In this document: positions 10,101 through 20,310 of the stretch, piece after piece
Layout of the letters: each line of letters opens with the position of its first letter
Numbering within the stretch: position 1 is the stretch's first letter
Assembly: GCA_044345405.1 (NCBI GenBank)
Contig: JBIJBE010000002.1
Location: 64,001 to 128,000, forward strand
DNA: 64,000 bases
Origin: Bdellovibrionota bacterium
Lineage (GTDB): Bacteria; Bdellovibrionota_C; UBA2361; OMII01
Direction of reading: 5' to 3'
Notes under the pieces: model-generated
What the model saw: the letters and a program-made list of their open reading frames with translations, nothing else
Databases searched by the model: none
What the model was told of the DNA's origin: nothing
Program-made: the position numbers and the translations under genes

Positions 10101-12770
10101 CTAGCTATTCGCCACTTGCTGAACAGCACCCTCGTAAGATGGAGCGCCTCGCTCCATCTCTCTCACAAGGGAGAGAGCCGCCACACCACTGACCGTGCGC
10201 GCCATGCAGATATCTGAGGCCTCAACACTTCGAAGGGGCGGGGTGGTACCGAGCCAAACGATCTCATTGTCAACGACAGCACCACACGGAACCATCGAGC
10301 CCTCCCTTCGAACGGTGATTCCACTAGATTCCAGGATTCGAGCACTGAGCTCGACCTCATCCCTCTCGGACTGATTGGTGGCGGCGCTCGTGATAACCTC
10401 TACTCTGACCCCTCGCGCGGTGGCGGGTTGCAGCACCGTCGCGAACACGTGGGAAGATCGCTGCCCAAGGAAGGGGGACCCAATAACGATAGATGAGCGA
10501 GCTTCGCGCATATCGGTCGTTATCCCCGCAAGAAATGTCTCTCCATCGAATCGTTGGAGAATCGAACAATCGTCTACGCTCGGGGTGCTCGGCGTGATCG
10601 CGTCTGGAAGCACCTCCCGCGCGTCGACAATACCGCCCCGTTGTTCGATATCGGCGAGGATTCCCGTCAACAGATGTCGCTCGGAGAGTTGAGCGCGAAG
10701 GTACGAGAGGTCAGCGACGATAACCAACCGAACCTGAGCGCGACTGAGAGCCACGTTCAGGAGGCGAGAGCCGGCATCTCGGAGCGACGTTCCCGCAAGA
10801 AATGACGAAAGCGTGTGTGGTTCGCTCTCGGTGAGGTCTAGAATAATGGTATCTCGTTCGGCGCCCTGGAATCGGTGGACCGTTCCCACGGTCACGTTGG
10901 AAAGCGAGGCCTCTTCGAGGAGATCCTCAAGAAGGGAGACCTGAGCGCGATAGGGAGCGATAACACCCACGTCGCTCGGCCCCTCCGCCAGACCCGCTCC
11001 GCGGAGAACACCACACACCGAACGAACGATCAGGGCATGCGTTAGGTTGCCCTTCGAGTTGTTTTCGAGATGCCCGCGGGGCTCAATCGAGCTCGAGTCG
11101 ATAAGAGTGACTGAACTGCGGGTCAACCACTCAGGCACACGCATCGCATCAAGAGTGGGGGCCTCCTTCTGTCGGGAAACGAGCTTGCCACCATAGAATC
11201 GATCGTTGATCAGAGTGCTGAGCGCCTCGTGCCCACGGAACTGCGTGGTGAGCATCGCAAGTGATGGATGCTCCTCACCACGATCAACTAGGTCTACGAC
11301 ACCCGCGACCTCAAAGACATCTCGAGCGAACCACTCTCTCGCCTTCGACGAGGACGAGAGCGATATTGGTGGCAACTGGCGGAAGTCACCGCCAATGACG
11401 ACCTTCTCGCGCGCTAGACCCGCCAAAAAGACCACATAGGGGAGGGGGAGCATCGACCCCTCGTCGACGATAACAGCATCGAACTCGCCCAGGTTTTGAC
11501 ATCGAAGAACCGCCTGCGTGGCCGTACACGCCACCACACGCGCGCGCCGCAAAGCGGAAGCGCTCGAATCCTCAACAAGCGACTCAAGGTCCCTAATCGC
11601 CTCAGTGATATCGTCATCCCGGGTTTGGAGATCCTCAACTCGATCGTGAACCTCACCAGCGGACACACCTTCTAGTTCGGTTGCCACCTCGAGGATCTCC
11701 CCCGTTACCACCTTCATGGAGCGTTTGATATCCTCTATCGAAGTCCCTGAACCATCCCCCGCACCGTACCGAATTCGCAGCACGCGGAGCACGGTTGCCA
11801 ACGAGCTCTCTGAGCTCCGAGCGTCAGCGTACAGCTTCTGAAGATTCACGAGCTCTTCCTGGAGCACACCTTGCTTCGCTAGTAAACCTTGCTGGTAGAG
11901 CAGCCCTTCAAGCTCTCGAGCGCACACCTCACGCTCCTTTCGAAGGAGCCCGATCCGTTCCCGAACCTTTCGTTGGTGAGTCTCAGCCAAATGCTCAAGC
12001 GATATCTGAGCACCGAACGCCCCCTGCAGGCCCTTTCGAGAGACCTGACCAACTCGAACGATACTCCCCTCAGGGAGGTTAACGCGCGACTTGCCGACGA
12101 TCCGTTTGCATAAGCCAAGGACGGTCCCATCGACGGCTCTATTGGTGTGGGACACGAGGAGGATGCGCTTATTCTGCGAGAAGAGGTAAAAAGCTATCGC
12201 CGAGAGCGTTACCGTCTTGCCGGTGCCTGGGGGGCCCCAAACAAATGTGGCGTCGTTTCGGATAGCGCGACGAAACGCCTCTTGTTGATCGCCCGTCAGA
12301 TCGTCAGGTGCCCCAATAAATTCACTATCCACCGGCGGTTGAATCGATGAGACGTCGAGCACCTGGGCCGCGCGCCGCTTATTGTAAGGAAAGGGGGGCT
12401 CATCTCCTGACACAGATTCAAGACGAGCCGCTAGGACAGAGAGGAGTTCAGACTTGTCGACCGTAAGGGTAGCTGACTCGATATCATCACCGAGATCGAT
12501 GAACGTTTCTACATCGAGCCCATCGCTTCTTCGGGAGATCACGGTACACTCGACTACGGCGCCCCTGACGGATAGGCGTCCGCGAGCCTCTTCTTGCAGA
12601 CGGGGCGGATTTACGAGATTGAATGAATAGAGGGGGCGTTGTGACGCGGTAGCGATCCGCTCGCCCTTACCCAGAGTGAACGAGGTTGAAACGCTCCTCG
12701 CCTCGCGCGCTTCGTCCTCAACGGCCGCGATAAGGGTCTGTAGAAGCTCTTTTGTGATCGGTTCGGTCAT
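10101..12770 (-). CDS. DNA2/NAM7 (Upf1-like, SF1B) helicase with C-terminal PLD-like domain
   Basis: WGPPGTGKT, SHTNRAVD, VDEGSM, GDFRQLPP, APYRAQ, GTVHRFQGAE, LNVALSRA; C-terminal ARSSIVIGSPFL...RGVRVEVIT PLD-like fold. Confidence 0.85.
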   Translation of the reverse strand: MTEPITKELLQTLIAAVEDEAREARSVSTSFTLGKGERIATASQRPLYSFNLVNPPRLQEEARGRLSVRGAVVECTVISRRSDGLDVETFIDLGDDIESATLTVDKSELLSVLAARLESVSGDEPPFPYNKRRAAQVLDVSSIQPPVDSEFIGAPDDLTGDQQEAFRRAIRNDATFVWGPPGTGKTVTLSAIAFYLFSQNKRILLVSHTNRAVDGTVLGLCKRIVGKSRVNLPEGSIVRVGQVSRKGLQGAFGAQISLEHLAETHQRKVRERIGLLRKEREVCARELEGLLYQQGLLAKQGVLQEELVNLQKLYADARSSESSLATVLRVLRIRYGAGDGSGTSIEDIKRSMKVVTGEILEVATELEGVSAGEVHDRVEDLQTRDDDITEAIRDLESLVEDSSASALRRARVVACTATQAVLRCQNLGEFDAVIVDEGSMLPLPYVVFLAGLAREKVVIGGDFRQLPPISLSSSSKAREWFARDVFEVAGVVDLVDRGEEHPSLAMLTTQFRGHEALSTLINDRFYGGKLVSRQKEAPTLDAMRVPEWLTRSSVTLIDSSSIEPRGHLENNSKGNLTHALIVRSVCGVLRGAGLAEGPSDVGVIAPYRAQVSLLEDLLEEASLSNVTVGTVHRFQGAERDTIILDLTESEPHTLSSFLAGTSLRDAGSRLLNVALSRAQVRLVIVADLSYLRAQLSERHLLTGILADIEQRGGIVDAREVLPDAITPSTPSVDDCSILQRFDGETFLAGITTDMREARSSIVIGSPFLGQRSSHVFATVLQPATARGVRVEVITSAATNQSERDEVELSARILESSGITVRREGSMVPCGAVVDNEIVWLGTTPPLRSVEASDICMARTVSGVAALSLVREMERGAPSYEGAVQQVANS

Positions 12771-12925
12771 CGCCGCGGCACTCTAGCACGATCCTCTCGA
12801 AAAGGATCTAAAACTTCAAAAATCCTCAGATTTTTAGCAGACCTGACCTAAAACCGACACCCTCAAAATGCCCACGACGACCCGGGCTTTGACTAACACC
12901 TAACTCCCATAGATCATGAGCCCTT

Positions 12926-14785
12926 ATGCCAATACCGAACGACACCTCTCTCTCCACGCTCCGCTCGAGATACGATCGGACCGTCTCTAGGGCCGAAAAG
13001 ATCTCATCGGAATCCGAGGCGCCTGTGCTCGATAGGGCGCTCAAGGAGCGCGCGACGTTTGAGAATCTCGTCTCGACCACCCCTCAAATGGAGGTATTTC
13101 GAGAGCAATTCGGTATCGAGTGGGGGGAGCGCTTCACACCCGTCGCGACCTTCGTCAAGCAATCGTTTTTTGGACTCGAGGGAAAGGCTCTCGTTGAGCA
13201 CCTATGGCGACAGCTCCCGAATTCTCGCTTCAAGCGTTTCCAGGAGGCGTTCTGCGATCCCGCTGACTATGCCATTCCGAAGCCGAATCTCCAGGCGCCG
13301 TGCGTGGAGTACCCAACCCGGGAGGTTCTCAACACATGCTCACTCACGGGATGTCTCGTTAGTCCTGCTCGCGTGCCTTTTAAGCTCCTCGTCGACCTCG
13401 GAATCGTCCCCGAACCGGAGGGTAAGATCTCAGACCTTGAGGCGTTGGCGATCAAGTCAGATCCTGGTGTCATTCAGACGCTCAAGGCTTTATGGGCATC
13501 GGCCGAACCCATTGCGCGAAACAATAACCGGTTCGTGATCGTACGCCCACTCCGCGACGACACCTCACGATACTACCCTGAGGCACGAGCGCTTTCGAAC
13601 GGCGTAGTCGGTTCTCTGATATACACCCGAGAGAACGTGGCTATCGACCGATCGAGCGCAAGAAATTCACGGGGTTCGTGGACAGCGCCCCAGATAATCC
13701 CCGCTTTCTTCTCAAACATCTACGCTGCGCGGCGAAAGACTGAGCATCAGAACTCAAGCTATCAGCTTGAGACCACCACCGTGGGGAATCTCGCGGTTGA
13801 GTGGAACGAACTTACAACACGAGCGCGCGCAGAGTGGCGACGAAATGCTCCCCAAGAGGTTAAACAGGAGATTCGCACAGCGCTCGTGAGCCTAGTGGCG
13901 CGCACTCGGCTCGAGCTGAGCTCCGTGAGCCACCACCTTAAGCAGCGCGCCTCCGAAAGGTTCGAGGCTCTTGAGGAACGCCTTAGGAGCGGCTCCAACA
14001 ACATAACAACGCACATAACGGCCGCCAACGCCGCGGTTACTGACCTAGAGAAACGGCTCGTACACGTTCCGTATAAAAGTGGGCACAACACCGTCGACTG
14101 CGAGCAGCTCTCTCGCATTATTAAGGACGGGGAACACGCGTTCGAATTAATGAGAACCTCCCTGTTCGCCGCGGGATGTCGACTACGCGACGAGATGACG
14201 CAGCGCGGCGGGTATTTTAGTCAACGTTCGCTCTCGGTTGAGCAACGCGCAACGCAAGCCAACATCCTCATCTCTCGAATGAGGATCCCATTGGCGGCGC
14301 TTAACAACGTACACCCTGTCCGTCCTTTGCGGGCTTTCGAGATCGCCCATCGAACCGCCTACACCCACCTGCGAAACGCGATACTCACGCAAAACGCTCA
14401 AGCGACTAAGGAGGCGATGGTTAAATTGGTTATCTACTCAAAGCTCCAACGCGCTAACGCGATCTTCGAGATGCTGCGCTCCCTAACAGGCCGTTCAGAT
14501 GCGGTCCCCCTGAAAGAGCTGAAACGGCACGCGAGCGCCCTTCGGGGGCTCTTAGAGGCTCAGTCGGCTTTCCCGTACACGACCGTTCCCGAATTCCACG
14601 AGGTGTATCGAAAGCTTCAACGAACCGTGAGCACGATCGCTAGTGGCCTGGAACGATACGAACAGAAGGGGCTCGATCTCGACCAGCGGTCCCAGATGTA
14701 CTCGCGGTTGCGGGCCTACCTCGATAAGACCGACCTCGAAGCGTACGCCAATGAACTCGTAGTGAAGGATGAGAGCTCCGAGTAA
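12926..14785 (+). CDS. Hypothetical protein, alpha-helix rich
   Basis: 619-aa uninterrupted ORF divergent from the helicase; no motif recognised. Confidence 0.7.
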   Translation: MPIPNDTSLSTLRSRYDRTVSRAEKISSESEAPVLDRALKERATFENLVSTTPQMEVFREQFGIEWGERFTPVATFVKQSFFGLEGKALVEHLWRQLPNSRFKRFQEAFCDPADYAIPKPNLQAPCVEYPTREVLNTCSLTGCLVSPARVPFKLLVDLGIVPEPEGKISDLEALAIKSDPGVIQTLKALWASAEPIARNNNRFVIVRPLRDDTSRYYPEARALSNGVVGSLIYTRENVAIDRSSARNSRGSWTAPQIIPAFFSNIYAARRKTEHQNSSYQLETTTVGNLAVEWNELTTRARAEWRRNAPQEVKQEIRTALVSLVARTRLELSSVSHHLKQRASERFEALEERLRSGSNNITTHITAANAAVTDLEKRLVHVPYKSGHNTVDCEQLSRIIKDGEHAFELMRTSLFAAGCRLRDEMTQRGGYFSQRSLSVEQRATQANILISRMRIPLAALNNVHPVRPLRAFEIAHRTAYTHLRNAILTQNAQATKEAMVKLVIYSKLQRANAIFEMLRSLTGRSDAVPLKELKRHASALRGLLEAQSAFPYTTVPEFHEVYRKLQRTVSTIASGLERYEQKGLDLDQRSQMYSRLRAYLDKTDLEAYANELVVKDESSE

Positions 14786-14959
14786 GGCGAGGGGGCGGGC
14801 AGCCGGGAGTATAAACCCAACCAAATTCCCCTTCGTGGGGACTAAAACACCCAGGTCAACCACCTAAAAGGGTGAAAATAACCAAAAATTTACCCTTAGA
14901 ACGGTTCCTAGCTCGGCCAGATCGTATATATTGAACAGGCCGTTTAACGGGGTCTGTTT

Positions 14960-15943
14960 ATGAAGATTCGTATCACTGGAGTCGCACATCGACTTGGTTC
15001 TGAGGTAGTCCACGCTGAGACCCTTGAGAGCTATTTCAAGAAGGATCCGGGCACGATAGGCCAGGTCTCTGGCGTTACGCGGCTTCACCGCATGGGGCCG
15101 GGCGAGGATCTCGTTACCCTGGCCCGAGACGCGGCGATCGACGCGCTGGCGATGGCAAACGTTCCACTCTCCAAGGTCTCCGGCATCTTCTCATCCTGTA
15201 ATCCTACAACGGACTACCTGATCCCAACCCTCGCTCCGATGGTCGCGTCAAAACTCGACCTAACTCACGTTCTTGCCTGCAACGTCGGCATGGGGTGCGC
15301 GGGGGGCGTGCAAGCTTTGCAAGCGACCTTCAACCAGCTCCTCGCGGACTCAGCTCGCGGAAAGATAAGCACCTACGTGCTCGTGACGGGTGACCACATC
15401 AGCCGGATGATCGATCGTGAGAGCTGGAAGACAGCCATCCTCTTTAGCGACGGCATCTCGGCGGTCGTTGTTACGAACGATCCGGAAGCTACCGGCGGTT
15501 TCGTTATCGAGCACGTCGCCTCAGAGTGCTATGCGGGTGAGAGCGTCGATGTTATCAACCTTCCAAATTCGCTCGCCCATCGAGAGAGCGCGGAGGCAAA
15601 GGTATGCCTCCTCCAGATGCGGGGACGTGGCGTTTTTGAGTTCGGCACGCGAATCGTACCACGCGTTCGAGAGCTCTCGGGGGTCGAGGATTTTTCAAAG
15701 TTTTATATCATCCCTCACCAAGCGAACGTCCGCATGTTGAACGAACTTCCGACCCCGTTCGGAATCCGTGATGAGCAACTCTATACGGACGGTATCACCA
15801 AGATCGGAAACATCTCTGGCGCCGCGTGCTTCCTCGGCCTCGAGGATTGCATGAAGCGTGGGCTCGACGATCAGGCTGAGAAGGTTCTTCTCTGCGCGTT
15901 CGGAGCTGAGCTGCAGGTAGCGGTCGCGGTACTCAGTCGGTAA
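14960..15943 (+). CDS. 3-oxoacyl-ACP synthase III (FabH-like) family protein
   Basis: Catalytic triad motifs GCAGG, PHQAN and GNISGA; ILFSDG. Confidence 0.88.
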   Translation: MKIRITGVAHRLGSEVVHAETLESYFKKDPGTIGQVSGVTRLHRMGPGEDLVTLARDAAIDALAMANVPLSKVSGIFSSCNPTTDYLIPTLAPMVASKLDLTHVLACNVGMGCAGGVQALQATFNQLLADSARGKISTYVLVTGDHISRMIDRESWKTAILFSDGISAVVVTNDPEATGGFVIEHVASECYAGESVDVINLPNSLAHRESAEAKVCLLQMRGRGVFEFGTRIVPRVRELSGVEDFSKFYIIPHQANVRMLNELPTPFGIRDEQLYTDGITKIGNISGAACFLGLEDCMKRGLDDQAEKVLLCAFGAELQVAVAVLSR

Positions 15944-15990
15944 TCGACGCCCGCTTGTTGCGTTACCGCACATCACCTACAATCGCGGTC

Positions 15991-16710
15991 ATGAACGCAT
16001 ACGATATCTTCGCATCTCATTACGACTCCGTTGTTGGCCAACGTGAGGAGGTCGCGACCTTTCTCCAAAAGCTCCTCCGTACCTACTCCCCAAAAGCGAA
16101 AACCCTCCTTGAACTCGGGTGCGGGTCAGGAAGTATGCTGAAGCTTCTCTCGAAGCGATATCAGGCCCGGGGGATCGATCTCTCCGCGAAGATGATCGAG
16201 ATAGCGAAGAAGAAAGCGCCGAAAGCGAAGGTCTCGGTAGGGGACATCACACAATTCTCTTTCGATGAGCGTTACGACGCCATCATCTGCCCCTTCGACA
16301 CGATCAATCACGTCACAAGCTTTCCTGCCTGGAAGCGCGTATTCGCGAACGCTCACAAACACCTCAATCCAGGTGGCGTCTTTATCTTTGACGTGAATAC
16401 CGAGACCAAGATGGAACGGTACGCCACAGAGCCCGTATTCGCCGAGATCATGAAGAATGAGATCTCGATCGTTGATGTGCAACGCGTTCGTCGGTATCGC
16501 TATCTGGTGAACCTTCGATTACTCAGGCGAGAGAAGGGTGAGCTCTACCGCAATCACGAGGTGCTCATTCCGGAGCTTGTAGTCCCCACGCCCCAGATTC
16601 TCAAGGAGCTCTCGAACTACTTCAAGCGGGTAACGCTCGTCGATCCTGACCGAAAGCAGCCCTCTGAAGAGACGGAGGAGTTGTTCTTTGTGTGTCAGGG
16701 GCCGCGGTAG
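15991..16710 (+). CDS. Class I SAM-dependent methyltransferase
   Basis: LELGCGSG motif I, GIDLSAKM, GDI, HLNPGGVFIFD; start set at ATG 15991. Confidence 0.9.
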   Translation: MNAYDIFASHYDSVVGQREEVATFLQKLLRTYSPKAKTLLELGCGSGSMLKLLSKRYQARGIDLSAKMIEIAKKKAPKAKVSVGDITQFSFDERYDAIICPFDTINHVTSFPAWKRVFANAHKHLNPGGVFIFDVNTETKMERYATEPVFAEIMKNEISIVDVQRVRRYRYLVNLRLLRREKGELYRNHEVLIPELVVPTPQILKELSNYFKRVTLVDPDRKQPSEETEELFFVCQGPR

Positions 16711-16795
16711 GCGGGAGGGTCATACCTGTCCGAATCTGTCCCCATCAGATCACCCACTTGATCAACGCCTAAACTTCTGGCAAACATCATAGGGT

Positions 16796-16891
16796 ATGAC
16801 GAAGTCAACAACCCTTCTTAGCCTATCGCTACTAGGGCTCCTTAGAGAGCCCCGTGGGGTTGCTTGGCCTTTCGCCTCTGATCGCTCATAA
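16796..16891 (+). promoter_or_regulatory. Leucine-rich leader peptide (attenuator) upstream of leuA
   Basis: MTKSTTLLSLSLLGLLREPRGVAWPFASDRS*: 7 Leu in 10 codons, three of them CTA; GC-rich hairpin follows at ~16912-16945. Confidence 0.7.
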
Positions 16892-16911
16892 GAGCCGTTA
16901 GAATATCGAAG

Positions 16912-16945
16912 AAGCCGGTAGCCCTGACGAGGGCGGGTTGGCTTT
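16912..16945 (+). terminator. Attenuator-type hairpin with short U tract
   Basis: aagccggtagccct-gacg-agggcgggttggcttt. Confidence 0.45.
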
Positions 16946-17063
16946 GTAGAGATGGCGCTGCTCGTCTCCCTACCTCTCCTCATCACATCTACCCATGGCG
17001 ACCATCGAGTTCTGGCGAGCCATTTGAGCCGTTGGGGAAACTTTTTGGGTTAAAGGAAAGACA

Positions 17064-18770
17064 ATGGAACGCTCCGCTTCTCAGAGAATTATTCTCAATC
17101 AAGACCGTTCACCAACGGCACCACCCCAAGGGAAGTACGTCCCGTACACCGAGCGGTTTCCTATCAAACTCCCTGACCGCACCTGGCCTGACAAACTGAT
17201 CGAAAAGGCCCCCGCATGGTGCGCGGTCGACCTTCGCGACGGCAATCAAGCGCTTCCACGGCCGATGACGGTAGATGAGAAGGCCGGATTCTTTGACGTG
17301 CTCAAGAAGGTCGGATTTAAGCAGATCGAAGTAGGGTACCCCGCGGCTAACCGTGAGGAGTACGACTTCATCCGATTGCTGATCGAGGGGAAACACATCC
17401 CGTCTCACGTTATTCCACAGGTCCTCACCATGGACCGGCCGGACCTTATTAAAAAGACCTTTGACGCGCTCAAAGGGGTACATCAGGCGATCGTACATAT
17501 CTATCGACCGACATCGATCGATCAACGAGAGATCTTCTTCAAGATGACGAAGGAGCAGGTGATGCAAGCGGCGGTGGATTCAACCAAGCTGGTGCGACGC
17601 CTCGCGGCTAAGGTCGATTTCCCGGTACAACTTCAATTCTCGCCTGAGAGCTTTACGGGAACCGAGATGGAGTTCGCTCTTGAGGTCTGTAACGCGGTGG
17701 TTAACGCGTGGGACCCAGGATCCCACGAGCAGGTCATTATCAACTTACCCGCGACGGTTGAACTCTCACGGCCAAACATCTACGCCGACCAGATCGAGTG
17801 GATGAGCCGACACCTCAAGCGACGTGACCAGGTTATCTTGAGCCTTCACAATCATAATGACCGTGGCACGGCCGTGGCGGCTACTGAGCTTGGGATTCAG
17901 GCGGGCGCAGATCGAGTTGAGGGAACACTCTTTGGAAATGGAGAGCGAACCGGAAACTTAGATCTCGTTAACGTCGCTGTGAATCTCTACAAGGAGGGGA
18001 TAGATCCAGGGATCGATCTCTCGAACATCCCATGGATGACGGAGCAGTATGAGAAGTACACGGGCATGAAGGTTCCGCCTCGTCACGTCGTTGGCGAATT
18101 AGCTTTCACCGCCTTCTCCGGTGGGCATCAAGCGGCGATTGCGCCGGGCCTTGAGTACCAGAAGATGGCAAAAGACCCGCTTTGGCGCGTGCCGTACTTA
18201 GGCGTCGATCCTGGCGACTTCGGAATGGAATATGAACCGATACGGCTCAATGCTCAGTCAGGAAAGCACGGCGCAGCGTTCTGCCTGAAGGATAATTTCG
18301 GGTGCGAAGTTCCCCGTGGGATGCTCGGCGACCTCGTCGATATGGTTAAGGAGTGGTGCCACGCCCACAACAAGGAGGAACTCCAGGCCGATACTGTCTG
18401 GAAACTCTTCCACAAGCGATACGTAGAGCCGGCTGGTGAGGTAAGCCTTGAAAATTACACACTCACCCGCGATGGGATGAAGGTAAAGGCGTTTCTGGAG
18501 GTATCTGTGGCCGGTAGCGAAACGAAGACCGTTACGGGAAGCGGTAACGGTCCCATCGACGCCGCGACGAACGCTCTTAAACAACTTGGGTATTCATTCG
18601 ATGTCCAGTCATTCCACGAGCACTCTCGCGGAGAGGGCTCAAGCGCTGAGGCAGTAGCCTACGTTCAGGTCTCCTCAGGTGACCGATCGGTGTTCGGTGT
18701 TGGAATTGACCCGAGCACGGAGCATGCGGCGATTGAGGCGCTTGTGGCGGGGGTGAATCGGTTGACGTGA
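17064..18770 (+). CDS. leuA: 2-isopropylmalate synthase (yeast/actinobacterial type)
   Basis: WCAVDLRDGNQAL, FSPESFTGTE, SLHNHNDRGT, GNGERTGN, TAFSGGHQ, GNGPIDA regulatory domain. Confidence 0.96.
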   Translation: MERSASQRIILNQDRSPTAPPQGKYVPYTERFPIKLPDRTWPDKLIEKAPAWCAVDLRDGNQALPRPMTVDEKAGFFDVLKKVGFKQIEVGYPAANREEYDFIRLLIEGKHIPSHVIPQVLTMDRPDLIKKTFDALKGVHQAIVHIYRPTSIDQREIFFKMTKEQVMQAAVDSTKLVRRLAAKVDFPVQLQFSPESFTGTEMEFALEVCNAVVNAWDPGSHEQVIINLPATVELSRPNIYADQIEWMSRHLKRRDQVILSLHNHNDRGTAVAATELGIQAGADRVEGTLFGNGERTGNLDLVNVAVNLYKEGIDPGIDLSNIPWMTEQYEKYTGMKVPPRHVVGELAFTAFSGGHQAAIAPGLEYQKMAKDPLWRVPYLGVDPGDFGMEYEPIRLNAQSGKHGAAFCLKDNFGCEVPRGMLGDLVDMVKEWCHAHNKEELQADTVWKLFHKRYVEPAGEVSLENYTLTRDGMKVKAFLEVSVAGSETKTVTGSGNGPIDAATNALKQLGYSFDVQSFHEHSRGEGSSAEAVAYVQVSSGDRSVFGVGIDPSTEHAAIEALVAGVNRLT

Positions 18771-18805
18771 TGGGGAACGCTCCCCATCCATTTGAATCCG
18801 CACAC

Positions 18806-18898
18806 GGGAGGGCGACCATTCCTGGTCGCCGTGTTACGAAAACGCAAAGATAGTTTGCCGCGCGAAATAATTCGGCGGCCAGGAATGGCCGCCCTCCC
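18806..18898. repeat. REP doublet (REPIN-like) copy 1
   Basis: gggagggcgaccattcctggtcgccg ... cggcggccaggaatggccgccctccc, inverted pair between convergent genes. Confidence 0.85.
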
Positions 18899-18913
18899 AA
18901 GGCCGCGAGCTCG

Positions 18914-19666
18914 CTAAAACCCCGTAGCCACCACCGAGAACGCCTCGTCAAGCATCTTCTCAACGAACTCCTGGCGAATGAATCCGCCACCGAAGAGGTA
19001 GTCCTGAGGAGTCCATGTTTGTGAGACCTCAGCTTTCCCTTTCTTGAAATTCAATGAGTGTGCGGTCGCGTCAATCTTCTTCACCTTGAAGGTGTAGATC
19101 AACTCCAACGAGTCATCAACGAACCGCACGCCGATCACGATCTCATCGACCAAGGAGAATTTGCGAAGGTCAGGGGCCTTGTACTTTACGTTCGTGTATC
19201 CATCCTTCCACGTTTCGCCTTTGTTGATGAGGCTGAAAACTGTTTCGCACGTATCGAAGACCGCTCTGAGGTGCGGATGCATCTGAACGGTGAGGGGAAT
19301 GTTACCGAGATTAGAAAGCTCTTCGCTGTTGCCGTACAAAAGAAACGGAGTCTGATTTTTATCCGAGACAGGCGCGTTTCGATCTAACTGAAACTCCCAT
19401 ACACTCACGAGCTCTGCACCCGGCGATACGACGTGCGATCGATCGAGCTCAGCACGACTCAAAACCTCAAAGGCATCGTCAGCCTTCGCCTTTACCTTCT
19501 TCAGCACACCCAGACCGAGGACCAGAGAGAATTGGGGAAGGGCGCTTGGCTCCGATCCGTGGTTCTTCACCTTGACGGTACATGGAACCGCTTCGCCCTG
19601 GGTCACGGCCTCCAAAGGAACTTCAAGTCGAAACTCAAGTGGCTTCTGAATGTATACGCTTCGCAT
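18914..19666 (-). CDS. Hypothetical protein (possibly SpoOM/arrestin-like beta sandwich)
   Basis: 250-aa ORF from ATG 19666, beta-strand-rich pattern; family call is tentative. Confidence 0.65.
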   Translation of the reverse strand: MRSVYIQKPLEFRLEVPLEAVTQGEAVPCTVKVKNHGSEPSALPQFSLVLGLGVLKKVKAKADDAFEVLSRAELDRSHVVSPGAELVSVWEFQLDRNAPVSDKNQTPFLLYGNSEELSNLGNIPLTVQMHPHLRAVFDTCETVFSLINKGETWKDGYTNVKYKAPDLRKFSLVDEIVIGVRFVDDSLELIYTFKVKKIDATAHSLNFKKGKAEVSQTWTPQDYLFGGGFIRQEFVEKMLDEAFSVVATGF

Positions 19667-19877
19667 GGGTGACCTTATACATCGATTTGCGGGGTTCCAA
19701 AACCTGCAGCGGATTGGCGGCACGGCGTACCGGTGGTCCTTGCACAATCCCCTTGCCAACCCCGTCTCGATCCCCTATCTCTTACTTTACGAGAACTAGA
19801 AAACTAATAAGCTTTAATTCGTACTTTTGTGGGGGTAAGCAAGGGTTCAGGGTACGGTGGCCGCAACCCAGCACAAC

Positions 19878-20079
19878 GGGAGGGCGGCCATTCCTGGCCG
19901 CCGTGTTGCGTAAAGCGAAGGTCACGTGCGATTCGCGATACTTCGGCGACCGAGGACGGTCGCCCTCCCTTGGTGCGAGTGGTATTCGGGAGGGCGGTCA
20001 TTCCTGGCCGCCGTGTTGCGTAAGGCGAAGGCCACTTGAGATGCGCGATTTTTCGGCGACCAGGAATGGTCGCCCTCCC
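19878..20079. repeat. Two tandem REP doublets (copies 2 and 3: 19878-19969 and 19988-20079)
   Basis: Each starts gggagggcggycattcctggccgccgtgttgcgtaa and ends cggcgacc...ggtcgccctccc. Confidence 0.85.
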
Positions 20080-20310
20080 ATGGTCGCGAGCGAAATGGTC
20101 GATACAAAACAACTAGAGAGAAGAGAGCACCAAACGATCAACCAAGCTCATCAAAACAATAAAGCACACAAAAGGGGACTCTACGCTCCAATCGGACTCC
20201 CCTTCCCCCTCTCCGCCCGCGGCCCCCTCTTCTCAACAGCCACGCCCTCGCCCTATCAATCAATAAAAACGGCACTATTCACGCCCGACTAAAGGCCTTA
20301 CAATTAAAAA

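Noticed and set aside
19582-20292. 236-aa ORF and overlapping short ORFs
   Set aside because: They run through the REP doublets and translate repeat DNA (GGRPFLAA / REGGHSWPP recur at other copies)
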